Source of the DNA: Solobacterium sp.
Lineage (GTDB): Bacteria; Bacillota_I; Bacilli_A; Erysipelotrichales; Erysipelotrichaceae
Assembly: GCA_017539385.1 (NCBI GenBank)
Contig: JAFYHC010000016.1
Location: 1,779 to 65,778, forward strand
DNA length: 64,000 nt
Direction: 5' to 3'
Shown: positions 30,036 to 40,885 of the stretch, in pieces
Layout of the letters: every line of letters begins with the position of its first letter
How positions within the stretch are numbered: position 1 is the stretch's first letter
Position numbers and translations under genes: made by a program
Notes under the pieces: generated by a model
Told to the model about the DNA's origin: nothing
Seen by the model: only the letters and a program-made list of their open reading frames with translations
Databases searched by the model: none

Positions 30036-30119
30036 TGTTTTGTGGTGTCTGAATGAGAAGAACTTTGATCTTCTGGAAGAAGACCGCAGGATATTGGAAT
30101 TACTGCTGAAAACGAAATA

Positions 30120-30150
30120 ACCCCGTATCTGTACATGGCAGATACGGGGT
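30120..30150. terminator. Hairpin terminator downstream of the ABC pair
   Basis: ACCCCGTATCTG/CAGATACGGGGT perfect stem. Confidence 0.75.
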
Positions 30151-30163
30151 ATTGCGTAATGGA

Positions 30164-32020
30164 TCAGGCAGCGGCTTCTTCGAACTGGGAATTGTACAGC
30201 TGTGCGTAGAATCCGTTTTTGTCGAGGAGTTCCTGATGGGTGCCGATCTCAACGATATCACCATGGTCCATGACCAGGATCATGTCGGCGTTGCGGATGG
30301 TGGAAAGACGGTGGGCAATGATGAAGGAAGTGCGTCCTTTCATCAGGTTTTCCATGCCTTTCTGGATCAGGACTTCGGTACGGGTATCGACAGAAGACGT
30401 GGCTTCATCCAGGATCAGGATCTTTGGATTGGACAGGAAGGCACGTGCAATGGTAAGCAATTGCTTCTGTCCCTGTGAGATGTTGGTGGATTCCTCGTTG
30501 ATCACGGTCTGGTAGCCGTCTTCCAGCGTACGGATGAAGTGATCGACATAGGCAGCGTCTGCTGCTGCGATGACTTCTTCGTCCGTGGCATCGGTGCGGC
30601 CATAGCGGATGTTGTCCATGATCGTTCCGGAGTGCAGCCATGCGTCCTGCAGGACCATGCCGAAGGCATCACGCAGGTCATGGCGCTTGAGACGGGTGAT
30701 GTCCTTGCCGTCGACGTAGATATGTCCGCCATTGAGATCATAGAAGCGCATGAGCAGCTTGACCATGGTGGTCTTGCCGGCACCGGTCGGTCCGACGATC
30801 GCCACCGTAGAACCATAGCGGATATAGGCATTGAACTGATGAATGATGATATTGTCCGGATCATAGCCGAAACGGACATCTTCGAAGGTAACGTTGCCCT
30901 TGAGCTTGAGTGCACCGTTTTCATCACGGATGGACAGAGGATTCGGATCATCCGGTACTTCTTCCGCTTCTTCCAGGAATTCGAAGACACGCTCAGCAGC
31001 TGCAGCAGTGGACTGCAGGACGTTCATGATCTGTGCGGTCTGTGTAATGGGCTGGTTGAAGTTGCGTACATAGGAGATAAATGCCTGGATATCACCAATG
31101 GCAAGTCCCTCATGGACGGCAAGATAACCGCCCAGTACGCAGCATCCCACATAGCCCAGATTCCCGATAAAGCTTGTGATCGGCTGCATCGTTCCGGAGA
31201 TGAACTGGGCTTTCCATGCGGATTCATACAGTTTCTGGTTGAGTTCGTTGAATTCACTGATGGAGCGTTCTTCACCATTGAATGCCTTCATGACGATATG
31301 TCCGCCATACATCTCTTCGATATGTCCGTTGACATTGCCGAGAGTCGCCTGCTGGGCTTTGAAGTATTTCTGGGAATGCGATACGACAAAGGCAGCGGCC
31401 ATGCCGGACAGCGGCACAACGATGAGCGCCATGAGCGTAAGCTTCCACGAGATGGAAAGCATCATATACAGGATGCCCAGGATCGAAATGACCGAGGTGA
31501 ATACCTGGTGGACCGCCTGGTTCAATGACTGGGAAACGGTATCAACGTCGTTGGTGACGCGGGAGAGCACTTCACCATGGGTCTGTTTGTCAAAGTACTT
31601 TAACGGCAGGCGGTTGATCTTCTGGGAGATCTCCTCGCGCAGGTGATAGGTGACGCTCTGTGTAACACCGGCCATGATCCATCCCTGCAGATAGTTGAAG
31701 ACGGCCGAAGCCACATAGATGGCTAACAGTGTTAACAGGATCTTCTTGATGGCATCGAAATCGATTCCGCCGGTGTTGGTATATTTGGCTACCAGTCCTT
31801 CGGCCAGCTTTGTGGTGGCAGAGCCGAGGATCTTCGGTCCGATAATGGAGAAGACGGTGGAACCGACCGCAAAGATGAGAATGAACAGGATCTGTACATA
31901 GTACGGCTTGAGATAGCGGATGAGCTTGGCAACAGTGCCTTTGAAGTTCTTGGCCTTGTCACCGGCCATCATGCCGCGGGGTCCGCCATGCTGGCGGGGC
32001 TGCTGTCTTCTTTCACTCAT
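30164..32020 (-). CDS. Heterodimeric ABC exporter subunit (canonical Walker B)
   Basis: GPTGAGKTT, ISQGQKQL, ILDEATSSVD. Confidence 0.95.
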   Translation of the reverse strand: MSERRQQPRQHGGPRGMMAGDKAKNFKGTVAKLIRYLKPYYVQILFILIFAVGSTVFSIIGPKILGSATTKLAEGLVAKYTNTGGIDFDAIKKILLTLLAIYVASAVFNYLQGWIMAGVTQSVTYHLREEISQKINRLPLKYFDKQTHGEVLSRVTNDVDTVSQSLNQAVHQVFTSVISILGILYMMLSISWKLTLMALIVVPLSGMAAAFVVSHSQKYFKAQQATLGNVNGHIEEMYGGHIVMKAFNGEERSISEFNELNQKLYESAWKAQFISGTMQPITSFIGNLGYVGCCVLGGYLAVHEGLAIGDIQAFISYVRNFNQPITQTAQIMNVLQSTAAAAERVFEFLEEAEEVPDDPNPLSIRDENGALKLKGNVTFEDVRFGYDPDNIIIHQFNAYIRYGSTVAIVGPTGAGKTTMVKLLMRFYDLNGGHIYVDGKDITRLKRHDLRDAFGMVLQDAWLHSGTIMDNIRYGRTDATDEEVIAAADAAYVDHFIRTLEDGYQTVINEESTNISQGQKQLLTIARAFLSNPKILILDEATSSVDTRTEVLIQKGMENLMKGRTSFIIAHRLSTIRNADMILVMDHGDIVEIGTHQELLDKNGFYAQLYNSQFEEAAA

Positions 32021-34209
32021 TTGGCCAGTTCCTCCTCATTCAGCTGGGAGTAGGCGATCTCCTGATAGACCTGGCAGTTTTTCAGGAGTTCTTCATGGGT
32101 GCCGATTCCCGCTACTTTTCCGCTGTCCAGGACAACGATCTTGTCCGCGTGCATGATCGTGCTGATGCGCTGGGCAACGATCAGCACCGTGGCACCGGTC
32201 TTTTTGATCATGGCGTTGAGTGCTTCACGCAGCTTAGCATCGGTCTTGTAGTCCAGAGCGCTGAATGTATCATCGAAGATGAATACATCGGCTTTCTTGG
32301 TCAGTGCACGGGCAATGGAAAGACGCTGCTTCTGTCCGCCGGAGACGTTGGTGCCGCCCTGTGCGATCGGATCATCGATCTTTTCCGGACGTCCTTCTAC
32401 GAATTCGCGGGCCTGTGATACATCCAGGGCATTGTCGAGTGCTTCCTGGGTAGCGTGTTCGTCCGCATAGAGCAGGTTGGAGCGGATCGTACCGGAGAAG
32501 AGAATTCCCTTCTGCGGGACATAGCCGATGCGATCACGCAGTTCATGCTGGGTAACATCACGGATATCGATATCACCATAGCGGATCGATCCCTGGGTGA
32601 CATCGAAGAAACGCGGCAATAGGTTCACCAGTGTGGATTTGCCCGATCCGGTTGAACCGATAAACGCAACGGTCTCACCCGGTGAAGCAGTAAAACTGAT
32701 ATCTTCCAGGACGTCCTGCTCTGCCTTGGGATAGCGGAAATGCACATGATCAAATGTAATGACCTGGCTTCCTTCCGCAAGATGCTTTGGCTCTTTCGGA
32801 TCATGGATAGCAGGGACGGTCTCCAGCACTTCGAAGACACGGTTGGCGGAGACGGAAGAACGCGGAATCATGATGAAGATCATGGCCACGATCATAAAGG
32901 ACATTAATACATGAATGGCATACTGCAGGAAGGCCATCATATCGCCGATCTGCATGGCACCGATATCGATCTGATTCGCACCGATCCAGATGATCAGTAC
33001 CGATACAGAACTCATTAAGAAGGACATGACCGGTGAAATGACCGACATGGTCCGGTTCAGGAAGATGTTCAGCTTTGTAATATCCGTATTGACTTCGTCG
33101 AAGCGCTTTTCTTCCACGTCTTCGTTGTTGAAGGCACGGATGACCAGCATGCCGTCCAGCTGTTCGCGGGTAACGAGATTGAGGCGGTCGACCAGCTTCT
33201 GTGCGATCTTGAACTTTGGATAGGTAAAGAAGAATACCAGGATCATGAGGGAGATCATGATCAGGATCGTCCATCCCAGCACCGAAGCCAGTTGCTTATA
33301 GCGCAGTACCTTGAATAAAGATGTAAAGCCCATAAACGGTGCAAATAGCACGATACGCAGCAACATCGTTAATAGCATCTGTACCTGCTGGATGTCATTG
33401 GTCGTACGGGTGATCAGGGATGCCGTAGAGAAGCGGGAGAATTCCTCATTGGAGAAGGATTCTACCCGGCGGAAGACATCACCGCGCATATTGCGGCACG
33501 CACCGGTCGCTGTCCGTGACGCAAGGAACGCCGAAGCGATCGCACACAGGGAACCCAGTAATGCGATTCCCAGCATGATCAGTCCTTCGTGCAGGATATA
33601 GCCGTTCTGGATGGCATCGGTATCAAGACCGACCGAAGCATATTCACTGCGGATCATCATGCGCTCTGCAGCACCAAGATTATCCGCGGTAAATCCATTC
33701 ATCTGTTCATCCACCATGGCAGAAATACCCTGGGCAGCACCCGGTACATTCTCCAGCATGACCATGAGCTCATCGATGGATGAAACACCCATCTGTTTCA
33801 TGATCTCTTCTCTCTGCAGGGTGCTGACGATCAGGAACGGCTTCTGCAGTGCTTCTGCGACATTGACATCACCATCGTAGGCATCATTGCGCAGATAGAC
33901 GGCCTGTTCCTTCAAAACGGGATAGGTATCCGCATACGCAGGATCGTTCTGTTCGATCTTCGTATAGGCATGATCAAGAATTTCGGTCCGGATATCCTCA
34001 TCCATGAAATACTGCAGGAGTGATGCGGTAGAAGACCGCATGACTTTTGGGGCATCTTCGGTAATGCCCCCGTATTGAATTCCATACGTAACGATATCGG
34101 ACATGTAATCCGGCAAAGCCAGTTCCATCTGCACCTGAGCGAATACAAGTGCTATGATGGCAATGACTGATAGCCAGAATGGTTTGAGATAACCAAGGGC
34201 TTTTCTCAT
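32017..34209 (-). CDS. Heterodimeric ABC exporter subunit (degenerate Walker B, large extracellular insertion)
   Basis: GSTGSGKST, VSGGQKQR, IFDDTFSALD. Confidence 0.95.
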   Translation of the reverse strand: MRKALGYLKPFWLSVIAIIALVFAQVQMELALPDYMSDIVTYGIQYGGITEDAPKVMRSSTASLLQYFMDEDIRTEILDHAYTKIEQNDPAYADTYPVLKEQAVYLRNDAYDGDVNVAEALQKPFLIVSTLQREEIMKQMGVSSIDELMVMLENVPGAAQGISAMVDEQMNGFTADNLGAAERMMIRSEYASVGLDTDAIQNGYILHEGLIMLGIALLGSLCAIASAFLASRTATGACRNMRGDVFRRVESFSNEEFSRFSTASLITRTTNDIQQVQMLLTMLLRIVLFAPFMGFTSLFKVLRYKQLASVLGWTILIMISLMILVFFFTYPKFKIAQKLVDRLNLVTREQLDGMLVIRAFNNEDVEEKRFDEVNTDITKLNIFLNRTMSVISPVMSFLMSSVSVLIIWIGANQIDIGAMQIGDMMAFLQYAIHVLMSFMIVAMIFIMIPRSSVSANRVFEVLETVPAIHDPKEPKHLAEGSQVITFDHVHFRYPKAEQDVLEDISFTASPGETVAFIGSTGSGKSTLVNLLPRFFDVTQGSIRYGDIDIRDVTQHELRDRIGYVPQKGILFSGTIRSNLLYADEHATQEALDNALDVSQAREFVEGRPEKIDDPIAQGGTNVSGGQKQRLSIARALTKKADVFIFDDTFSALDYKTDAKLREALNAMIKKTGATVLIVAQRISTIMHADKIVVLDSGKVAGIGTHEELLKNCQVYQEIAYSQLNEEELAK

Positions 34210-34293
34210 ACAGCTGTCCTCCTGTAACCACTATCATAGCAATTCTGATGCACAGGGGGAATGAAAAGGCTTCAAGAATCACAGGAGGGAATT

Positions 34294-34977
34294 ATGTGGA
34301 ATCGGAAACTCATTACAGTCGGTGCAGCAGCGCTTGGCCTGCTGTATGTGGCTGCCTCGCATGCCATTGCCGGTCTTATATATATTAAGGATACATGGAA
34401 GACGGACGGCAGGATCTTCAAAGTACGTGCATACACACCGGAATACCGGAAACGGATGGAAGAGATCTGCATAGCGACGGCATCGGAGAAGGCACGCACG
34501 GATGCGGTACATGGGGAATTTACGAAGAAGATGTACTGTGATCTGTATCTGGACCATGGTATTGGAATGATGCTGGTGGATGATACAGAGCAGGCTGTCG
34601 GCTATGTGCTGGCAGCGAAGGATATCGGTACATTCCTGCAGAAGTCCAAAGAAGACCGCAAAGCCATTACGGACCTTGGTGAGTATTATACAAAGCGTGC
34701 TGAAGCGGAATGGGATGGCTATCTGCAGTATGCGGAAGACTATCCTGCCCATCTGCATATCGATATTCTGGAGGACTATACAGGACACGGCAACGGATCG
34801 CACCTGATGCAGGATATGCTGAAAGAACTGAAAGCACAGGGTGTCAAAGGCGTCATGCTGGGGGTCGCAAAAAGCAATGAACGTGCAATTGCGTTCTATC
34901 AGAAAAATGGATTTACGGTATTGGAAGAAAGTGAAGGCGGCTATGCCATGGGCATCCGCCTGCAGGAGGAGAAATGA
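34294..34977 (+). CDS. GNAT acetyltransferase with N-terminal hydrophobic segment
   Basis: YPAHLHIDIL...GHGNG...NERAIAFYQKNGF; RBS AGGAGG. Confidence 0.85.
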   Translation: MWNRKLITVGAAALGLLYVAASHAIAGLIYIKDTWKTDGRIFKVRAYTPEYRKRMEEICIATASEKARTDAVHGEFTKKMYCDLYLDHGIGMMLVDDTEQAVGYVLAAKDIGTFLQKSKEDRKAITDLGEYYTKRAEAEWDGYLQYAEDYPAHLHIDILEDYTGHGNGSHLMQDMLKELKAQGVKGVMLGVAKSNERAIAFYQKNGFTVLEESEGGYAMGIRLQEEK

Positions 34978-35684
34978 ACAGACCATATGTACGATATCTG
35001 ATGACGGTGAGTATTGATCAGAAAGTCACCGGGCGCTTTCTGGAACATGCGGCGGCGTATACAGAGGAATATTACCGGATGCACCGCCAGTACCGCCATG
35101 ACGGAGCACAGGCATTTTTATGCGGACGTGCCACGATGCAGAGCAGCTTCGCCGGAAACGGTGCACCGGATGTGAGTGCGCATGCAAAAGAGATCTGGAA
35201 CAGGGAAGACTACAAGGCAGGGGATTATGCCTTCTATGCCATATCCATGGATACCCATGGTTCCGTCGCATGGAAAACAAATACGATCTTTGATGATGAT
35301 CCCGGCTATGACAACTGTCATATCATTGAAATCTTGAGCGAAGATGTAACAGATACCTATATCGGCTATCTCAGAGAACGCAATATTTCCTATATCTTTG
35401 CCGGAAAGGATCGCATTGATATCCATATGGCATTAGAAAAGCTGTATGCACTGTTTGGCATCGAAGATCTTCTGCTGGAAGGCGGCGGGATCATCGGCGG
35501 TGCCTTCGAAGAAGCAGGTATGATCGATGAACTGGCTTTTGTGGTCAGTCCGCTGATCGAAGGAGAAAACGGCCGGGATGTCTTTGCCGGCATGTACAAG
35601 GAAGATGCCGTAAGCTTCTGGAAGACGGTGGAACTGCGTCCGTTTGAAGGCGGCTATGTGTGGCGGGCTGTGCGCAATGGCTGA
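34974..35684 (+). CDS. RibD C-terminal / dihydrofolate reductase-like protein
   Basis: RPYV...MTVSID.K, LLLEGGG...IDEL..VVSP. Confidence 0.85.
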   Translation: MNRPYVRYLMTVSIDQKVTGRFLEHAAAYTEEYYRMHRQYRHDGAQAFLCGRATMQSSFAGNGAPDVSAHAKEIWNREDYKAGDYAFYAISMDTHGSVAWKTNTIFDDDPGYDNCHIIEILSEDVTDTYIGYLRERNISYIFAGKDRIDIHMALEKLYALFGIEDLLLEGGGIIGGAFEEAGMIDELAFVVSPLIEGENGRDVFAGMYKEDAVSFWKTVELRPFEGGYVWRAVRNG

Positions 35685-36573
35685 AGAGAAGCGCATGCTC
35701 TTCGGACCAGAGGGATATCCCATCCCCGGCATGGTCATTTCCGGGAAATACCCCGGGAAAACACTGCTGGTGACTGCCCAGATCCACAGCGGGGAATACC
35801 CTGGCACAGCAGCGCTCATTCGTCTTGGCAGGCAATTGGATCCCATGGTCATGCATGGCACCGTGATTCTATTGCCATGTGTGAATATGAGCGGCTTTGT
35901 ACAGGAGACAGATGCATATATACCGGAAGATCACGGAAACCTGAACCGGGATTATCCCGGTGAAGGGAATGGCACAACAGCAGCCATCGCACGTTATTTC
36001 ATCGAAGAACTGTTTCCAAAGGCAGACTTTGTACTGGACCTGCACAGCGGCGGAATTCCCGAGGCACTCACGCCATGTATGTTTGTGCCATACCGGATGG
36101 AAGAAGAACTGATGCATATCCTGGAGGTAGTGGATATACCGTATGCAGTGCGTTCCTATAATGAACATGGGGAAGCAGGATACGCCGCCAATATACTGGG
36201 TATTCCTTCCTTATTACTGGAGCGGGGATACGGGGGACTGTGCGAACAGGACTGGATCAATGCCTATATGCAGGATGTACTGGCAGTGATGGGTGCACTT
36301 GGCATCGTCGATGCACCGGTGCGGGATGTATGCACTACAGCATATTTCACAAAAGCATGGTATCCGGAAAGCGAAGAAGAAGGCCTCTGGTATCCGTGCA
36401 TACGTGAAAATACCTGTGTCAGGAAAGGGGATATACTGGGTCATACAGAAGATATGGAGGGAAATATCCTGCATACATATACTGCGGAATGTGACGGTAT
36501 CGTCCTGTATTACCGGACGTTCCTGCATGTATCAAAAGGTACCCCGCTTGCGGCGTATGCATGCACATCATGA
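35677..36573 (+). CDS. M14-like succinylglutamate desuccinylase/aspartoacylase family hydrolase
   Basis: IHSGEYPG, NLNRDYPG, LDLHSG, LLERG. Confidence 0.88.
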   Translation: MAEEKRMLFGPEGYPIPGMVISGKYPGKTLLVTAQIHSGEYPGTAALIRLGRQLDPMVMHGTVILLPCVNMSGFVQETDAYIPEDHGNLNRDYPGEGNGTTAAIARYFIEELFPKADFVLDLHSGGIPEALTPCMFVPYRMEEELMHILEVVDIPYAVRSYNEHGEAGYAANILGIPSLLLERGYGGLCEQDWINAYMQDVLAVMGALGIVDAPVRDVCTTAYFTKAWYPESEEEGLWYPCIRENTCVRKGDILGHTEDMEGNILHTYTAECDGIVLYYRTFLHVSKGTPLAAYACTS

Positions 36574-36635
36574 GAGATTGCGGAAATAATAAGTTGGGCA
36601 CTTTACTTTCATTGAAATTTTGCTAGGATAATAGC

Positions 36636-36805
36636 GTTATCGGCCGTTTGCCGGGAAAGGTGTACTATGGCAGTTCGCACATTCATTCGGACATACGAAA
36701 GACAGTACGAAGCAGTCAAAGGGGTTTTTCCGCATCGTTTTTTCAGAGCATCGGCCGCAATGGGAATTTACTAAGTACAGCACGCTTTCAGCGGGCTGTT
36801 TTTTT
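36636..36805 (+). promoter_or_regulatory. pur operon leader with attenuator-like terminator
   Basis: Possible promoter TTTACT...TGcTAGGAT (36602-36629); hairpin ACAGCACGCT/AGCGGGCTGT plus T7 immediately before the purE RBS. Confidence 0.55.
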
Positions 36806-36815
36806 GGAGGGCAAT

Positions 36816-37322
36816 ATGAAAAAAGTAGCAGTGATCATGGGCAGTGATTCGGATCTTCCGGTCATGAAGAAAGCAATGCAGGTCCTGGCAGACTATGGCG
36901 TACCGTTTGAGGCGCATGTCTATTCGGCACACCGCACACCTGTACAGGCAGCGGAATTTGCAGAGAATGCACGGGCGAACGGCTTTGGTGCGATCATTGC
37001 CGGTGCCGGCATGGCAGCCGCACTGGCTGGTGTACTGGCAGGGCATACCACATTGCCGGTCATTGGCGTACCGCTGAAATCCGCGGTACTGGAAGGAACA
37101 GATGCACTGTTATCGACCGTCATGATGCCAAGCGGCATTCCGGTCGCCACGGTAGCGATCGACGGTGCAAAGAATGCGGCATATCTGGCCATGGAGATCC
37201 TGGCTGTGGCAGATGATGCACTGGCAGAAAAGCTGATGCAGGAAAGAACAGCGATGCAGAAGGGCGTACTGGCCAAAGATGCAAAGCTGCAGGATACCGT
37301 AAAGGAGATACAGGGAAAATGA
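36816..37322 (+). CDS. purE: N5-CAIR mutase / AIR carboxylase
   Basis: [31 protein letters not shown]. Confidence 0.97.
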   Translation: MKKVAVIMGSDSDLPVMKKAMQVLADYGVPFEAHVYSAHRTPVQAAEFAENARANGFGAIIAGAGMAAALAGVLAGHTTLPVIGVPLKSAVLEGTDALLSTVMMPSGIPVATVAIDGAKNAAYLAMEILAVADDALAEKLMQERTAMQKGVLAKDAKLQDTVKEIQGK

Positions 37323-38371
37323 GTGAAAAGAGCTACAGCGACAGCTACAAGGCTGCCGGTGTCGATGTGACAGCCGGCTATAAAGCCGTAGAACTGATGA
37401 AAACACACGTGGCACGCACCAGTGTGCCGGGTGTACTGGACAGTATTGGCGGATTCGGCGGACTGTTTGCGCCGGACATGACCGGTATGGAACGTCCTGT
37501 CTTCGTATCCGGTACAGACGGTGTCGGCACAAAAGTTAAGCTTGCCTTCTTGATGGACAAGCATGACACCGTGGGCATCGACTGTGTGGCCATGTGCGTC
37601 AATGACGTGGTATGCGCCGGTGCAAAGCCATTGTTCTTCCTGGATTACATTGCCTGCGGAAAGAACATTCCGGAAAAGATCGCTTCGATCGTCAGCGGCG
37701 TAGCAGAAGGCTGCGTACAGTCCGGCTGCGCACTGATCGGCGGCGAAACAGCAGAACACCCCGGTCTGATGGCAGAAGATGAATATGACCTTGCCGGATT
37801 CACTGTCGGCATCGTGGATGAAAAGAAGATCCTGGACAAGGGAAATGTCAAAGAAGGCGACGTGATCATCGGTCTTGCGTCTTCCGGCGTACATTCCAAC
37901 GGCTTCTCGCTGGTACGCAAAGTATTCGACATTGATAATGCCGATGTACTTGGCAAATATACCGAAGAGCTGGGAAAGACACTGGGTGAAACACTGCTTA
38001 CACCGACACAGCTCTATGTCAAGCCGGTATTGAAACTGCTGCAGGATGTCAATGTACATTCCATCGCGCATATCACCGGCGGCGGCTTCTATGAGAATCT
38101 GCCCCGTGCATATGGCAAAGACCTCTCTGCCGAGATCACCATGGGCACATGGGAGATCCTGCCGATCTTCAAACTGATCCAGAAGGTCGGTAATATTCCG
38201 GAACACGATATGTTCAATACCTTCAACATGGGTGTCGGTATGGCAGTCACTGTTGCGAAAGAAGACGCAGACAAGGCACTTGCTTCGCTTGCTTCTTCCG
38301 GCATCAAGGCAACTGTCATCGGCAAAATGGTCAAAGGCGATCACGGTGTGATCTTCCGGGAGAACGCATGA
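37319..38371 (+). CDS. purM: AIR synthetase
   Basis: [41 protein letters not shown]. Confidence 0.97.
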   Translation: MSEKSYSDSYKAAGVDVTAGYKAVELMKTHVARTSVPGVLDSIGGFGGLFAPDMTGMERPVFVSGTDGVGTKVKLAFLMDKHDTVGIDCVAMCVNDVVCAGAKPLFFLDYIACGKNIPEKIASIVSGVAEGCVQSGCALIGGETAEHPGLMAEDEYDLAGFTVGIVDEKKILDKGNVKEGDVIIGLASSGVHSNGFSLVRKVFDIDNADVLGKYTEELGKTLGETLLTPTQLYVKPVLKLLQDVNVHSIAHITGGGFYENLPRAYGKDLSAEITMGTWEILPIFKLIQKVGNIPEHDMFNTFNMGVGMAVTVAKEDADKALASLASSGIKATVIGKMVKGDHGVIFRENA

Positions 38372-38976
38372 CGCGCATCGCAGTACTGGTGTCCGGCGGC
38401 GGAACAAATCTGCAGGCACTGATCGACAGTGAGCGTGCCGGAAAGATCCCGCACGGTTCGATCGAACTGGTCATCGCATCCAATGAGAAAGCCTATGCTT
38501 TGACACGTGCAGAGAATGCCGGCATTGCCCATGCGGCAATACGGCGCAAAGACTATGCGGACCAGGACAGCTATGATGCCGCATTGGTGGAAGCACTGCA
38601 TGTGCATGATATCGATATGGTCATTCTGGCCGGGTTCTTAAGCATTCTGGGACCGCGGTTTATCCAGTCCTATCCGGACCGGATCCTGAATATACATCCG
38701 TCCCTGATCCCGTCGTTCTGCGGGAAGGGCTTCTATGGACTGAAAGTCCATGAAGCAGCCCTTGCCAAAGGCGTCAAAGTGACCGGGGCAACGGTACATC
38801 TGGTGAATGAGATTCCCGACGGCGGCAGGATCTTACTGCAGAAAGCCGTGGAAGTGCAGGATGGGGATACACCTGAGATCCTGCAGAGACGTGTCATGGA
38901 GCAGGCCGAATGGATCCTGCTGCCAAAGGCTGCCGAAATGCTGGCAGAAAAGCTTGAGGAGGAAAAACAGGCATGA
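38368..38976 (+). CDS. purN: GAR transformylase
   Basis: [26 protein letters not shown]. Confidence 0.97.
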   Translation: MTRIAVLVSGGGTNLQALIDSERAGKIPHGSIELVIASNEKAYALTRAENAGIAHAAIRRKDYADQDSYDAALVEALHVHDIDMVILAGFLSILGPRFIQSYPDRILNIHPSLIPSFCGKGFYGLKVHEAALAKGVKVTGATVHLVNEIPDGGRILLQKAVEVQDGDTPEILQRRVMEQAEWILLPKAAEMLAEKLEEEKQA

Positions 38977-39680
38977 AAGAATACGATTTATTTGATTATC
39001 TGCGCGGAAACGAATATCCGGGCCGCGGTATTGTCATCGGACGCACACCGTGCGGAAAGAAGATCCGCGTCGGCTACTTCATCATGGGAAGAAGCGAAAA
39101 CAGCCGCAACCGTGTGTTTGTAGAAGAAGGCAACGGCATCCGCACAGAAGCATTTGATCCGTCCAAAATGGTTGATCCTTCCCTGATCATCTATGCACCG
39201 GTCAGAGTGCTTGGTGATACAACGATCGTAACAAACGGCGACCAGACCGATACCATCTATGATTTCATGAAAGAGGGCAAGAGCTTTGAAGAAGCACTGC
39301 GCACACGTACATTTGAACCGGATGGTCCAAACTATACGCCGCGCATCTCCGCTGTCATTGAAAAAGACAGCTACAAGATCTCCATTCTCAAGAGTGCAGA
39401 AGGAGACCCGGAAAGTGCACAGCGTTATTTCTTCGAATACAATAACGTCCGTCCGGGCTATGGCCATGTGATCCACACATACAGAGAGAACGGCAATCCG
39501 ATCCCGTCATTCGAAGGAGAACCGGCACTGTTCAAGATGGTCAAAGAACCGCTCGATGACTTCGCAGCACACTTATGGGAAGCCCTGAACGAAGATAACA
39601 AAGTATCTCTGTTCGTCCGTTCCATCGATATTGAAACAGGTGAAACACGTACGATCCTGTATAACAAGAACCAGAAATAA
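38973..39680 (+). CDS. Stand-alone IMP cyclohydrolase (PurO-like)
   Basis: YPGRG, YFIMGRSENSRNR, IVTNGDQTD, EPD.PNYTPRIS; in pur operon. Confidence 0.85.
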   Translation: MKEYDLFDYLRGNEYPGRGIVIGRTPCGKKIRVGYFIMGRSENSRNRVFVEEGNGIRTEAFDPSKMVDPSLIIYAPVRVLGDTTIVTNGDQTDTIYDFMKEGKSFEEALRTRTFEPDGPNYTPRISAVIEKDSYKISILKSAEGDPESAQRYFFEYNNVRPGYGHVIHTYRENGNPIPSFEGEPALFKMVKEPLDDFAAHLWEALNEDNKVSLFVRSIDIETGETRTILYNKNQK

Positions 39681-39692
39681 GGAGTGTAAGAC

Positions 39693-40868
39693 ATGGCAAA
39701 AGAATTAGAACTCAAATACGGCTGCAACCCCAACCAGAAGCCGTCCCGCATCTTCATGGAAAACGGTGAACTGCCGGTAACAGTACTGAGCGGAAGACCG
39801 GGCTATATCAACTTCATGGACGCATTCAACAGCTGGCAGCTGGTCAAAGAACTCAAAGAAGCGACTGGACTTCCGGCTGCAGCGAGCTTCAAGCATGTCT
39901 CTCCGGCTGGCGCAGCAGTGGCTATCCCGCTGAGTGATGTAGAAAAGCAGATCTATTTCACCGATGATGTCGAACTGACACCGATCGCAACCGCATATGC
40001 ACGTGCACGCGGCGCTGACCGCATGAGCTCCTATGGTGACTTTGCGGCATTAAGCGATGTCTGCGACAAGGCAACTGCGCTGTTATTGAAGAAGGAAGTC
40101 TCCGACGGTGTCATCGCACCAGGCTACACAGAAGAAGCACTGGAGATCCTGAAGGCAAAGCGCAAAGGCGGATACAACGTCATCCAGATCGATCCGGACT
40201 ATGTACCGGAGCCGATCGAACGCAAGCAGGTATTCGGCATTACCTTCGAACAGGGCAGAAATGATCTCAAGATCAATGCCGACCTGTTCAAGGACATCGT
40301 CACAAAGAACAAAGATCTCACCGAAGAGGCAAAGCGCGATCTGATCGTTGCACTCATTACGCTGAAATATACACAGTCCAACTCTGTTGCCTATGCAAAG
40401 AACGGACAGGCGATCGGTGTCGGTGCCGGACAGCAGTCCCGTGTACACTGCACACGTCTTGCCGGAAACAAGGCAGATAACTGGTGGCTGCGTCAGTCCC
40501 CGAAGGTACTGGGACTGCCATTCCGCAAGGATATCCGCAGAGCAGACCGTGACAATGCGATCGACGTATACATTGGCGAAGAATACGAAGATGTACTGCG
40601 TGATGGGGCATGGGAGAAGGTATTCACCGAGAAGCCGTCCGTCTTCACAGCAGAAGAAAAGAAAGCATGGCTGGCACAGAACACCGGTGTTTCCCTTGGC
40701 TCCGATGCATTCTTCCCGTTCGGCGACAATATTGAGCGTGCCCACAAGAGCGGCGTCTGCTACATCGCTGAGCCGGGCGGATCCATCCGCGATGACAATG
40801 TCATTGAGACCTGTGACCGCTACAACATGGTCATGGCATTCACAAAGATCCGTCTGTTCCACCATTGA
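39693..40868 (+). CDS. purH: AICAR transformylase (PurH lacking the cyclohydrolase domain)
   Basis: LKYGCNPNQ, SFKHVSPAG, GQQSRVHC, SDAFFPF, PGGSIRD; no N-terminal IMPCH domain. Confidence 0.9.
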   Translation: MAKELELKYGCNPNQKPSRIFMENGELPVTVLSGRPGYINFMDAFNSWQLVKELKEATGLPAAASFKHVSPAGAAVAIPLSDVEKQIYFTDDVELTPIATAYARARGADRMSSYGDFAALSDVCDKATALLLKKEVSDGVIAPGYTEEALEILKAKRKGGYNVIQIDPDYVPEPIERKQVFGITFEQGRNDLKINADLFKDIVTKNKDLTEEAKRDLIVALITLKYTQSNSVAYAKNGQAIGVGAGQQSRVHCTRLAGNKADNWWLRQSPKVLGLPFRKDIRRADRDNAIDVYIGEEYEDVLRDGAWEKVFTEKPSVFTAEEKKAWLAQNTGVSLGSDAFFPFGDNIERAHKSGVCYIAEPGGSIRDDNVIETCDRYNMVMAFTKIRLFHH

Positions 40869-40885
40869 TCCAAAGAGGTGATCCC

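Noticed and set aside
29771-30136. N-terminal extension of the ECF sigma in the ORF track
   Set aside because: True start is 29770 (RBS GAGG); the extension crosses a promoter, a terminator and the SDR remnant in another frame
34223-34250. TGTAAC upstream of the GNAT as a second ECF promoter
   Set aside because: No CGTC/CGTA -10 element at the right spacing
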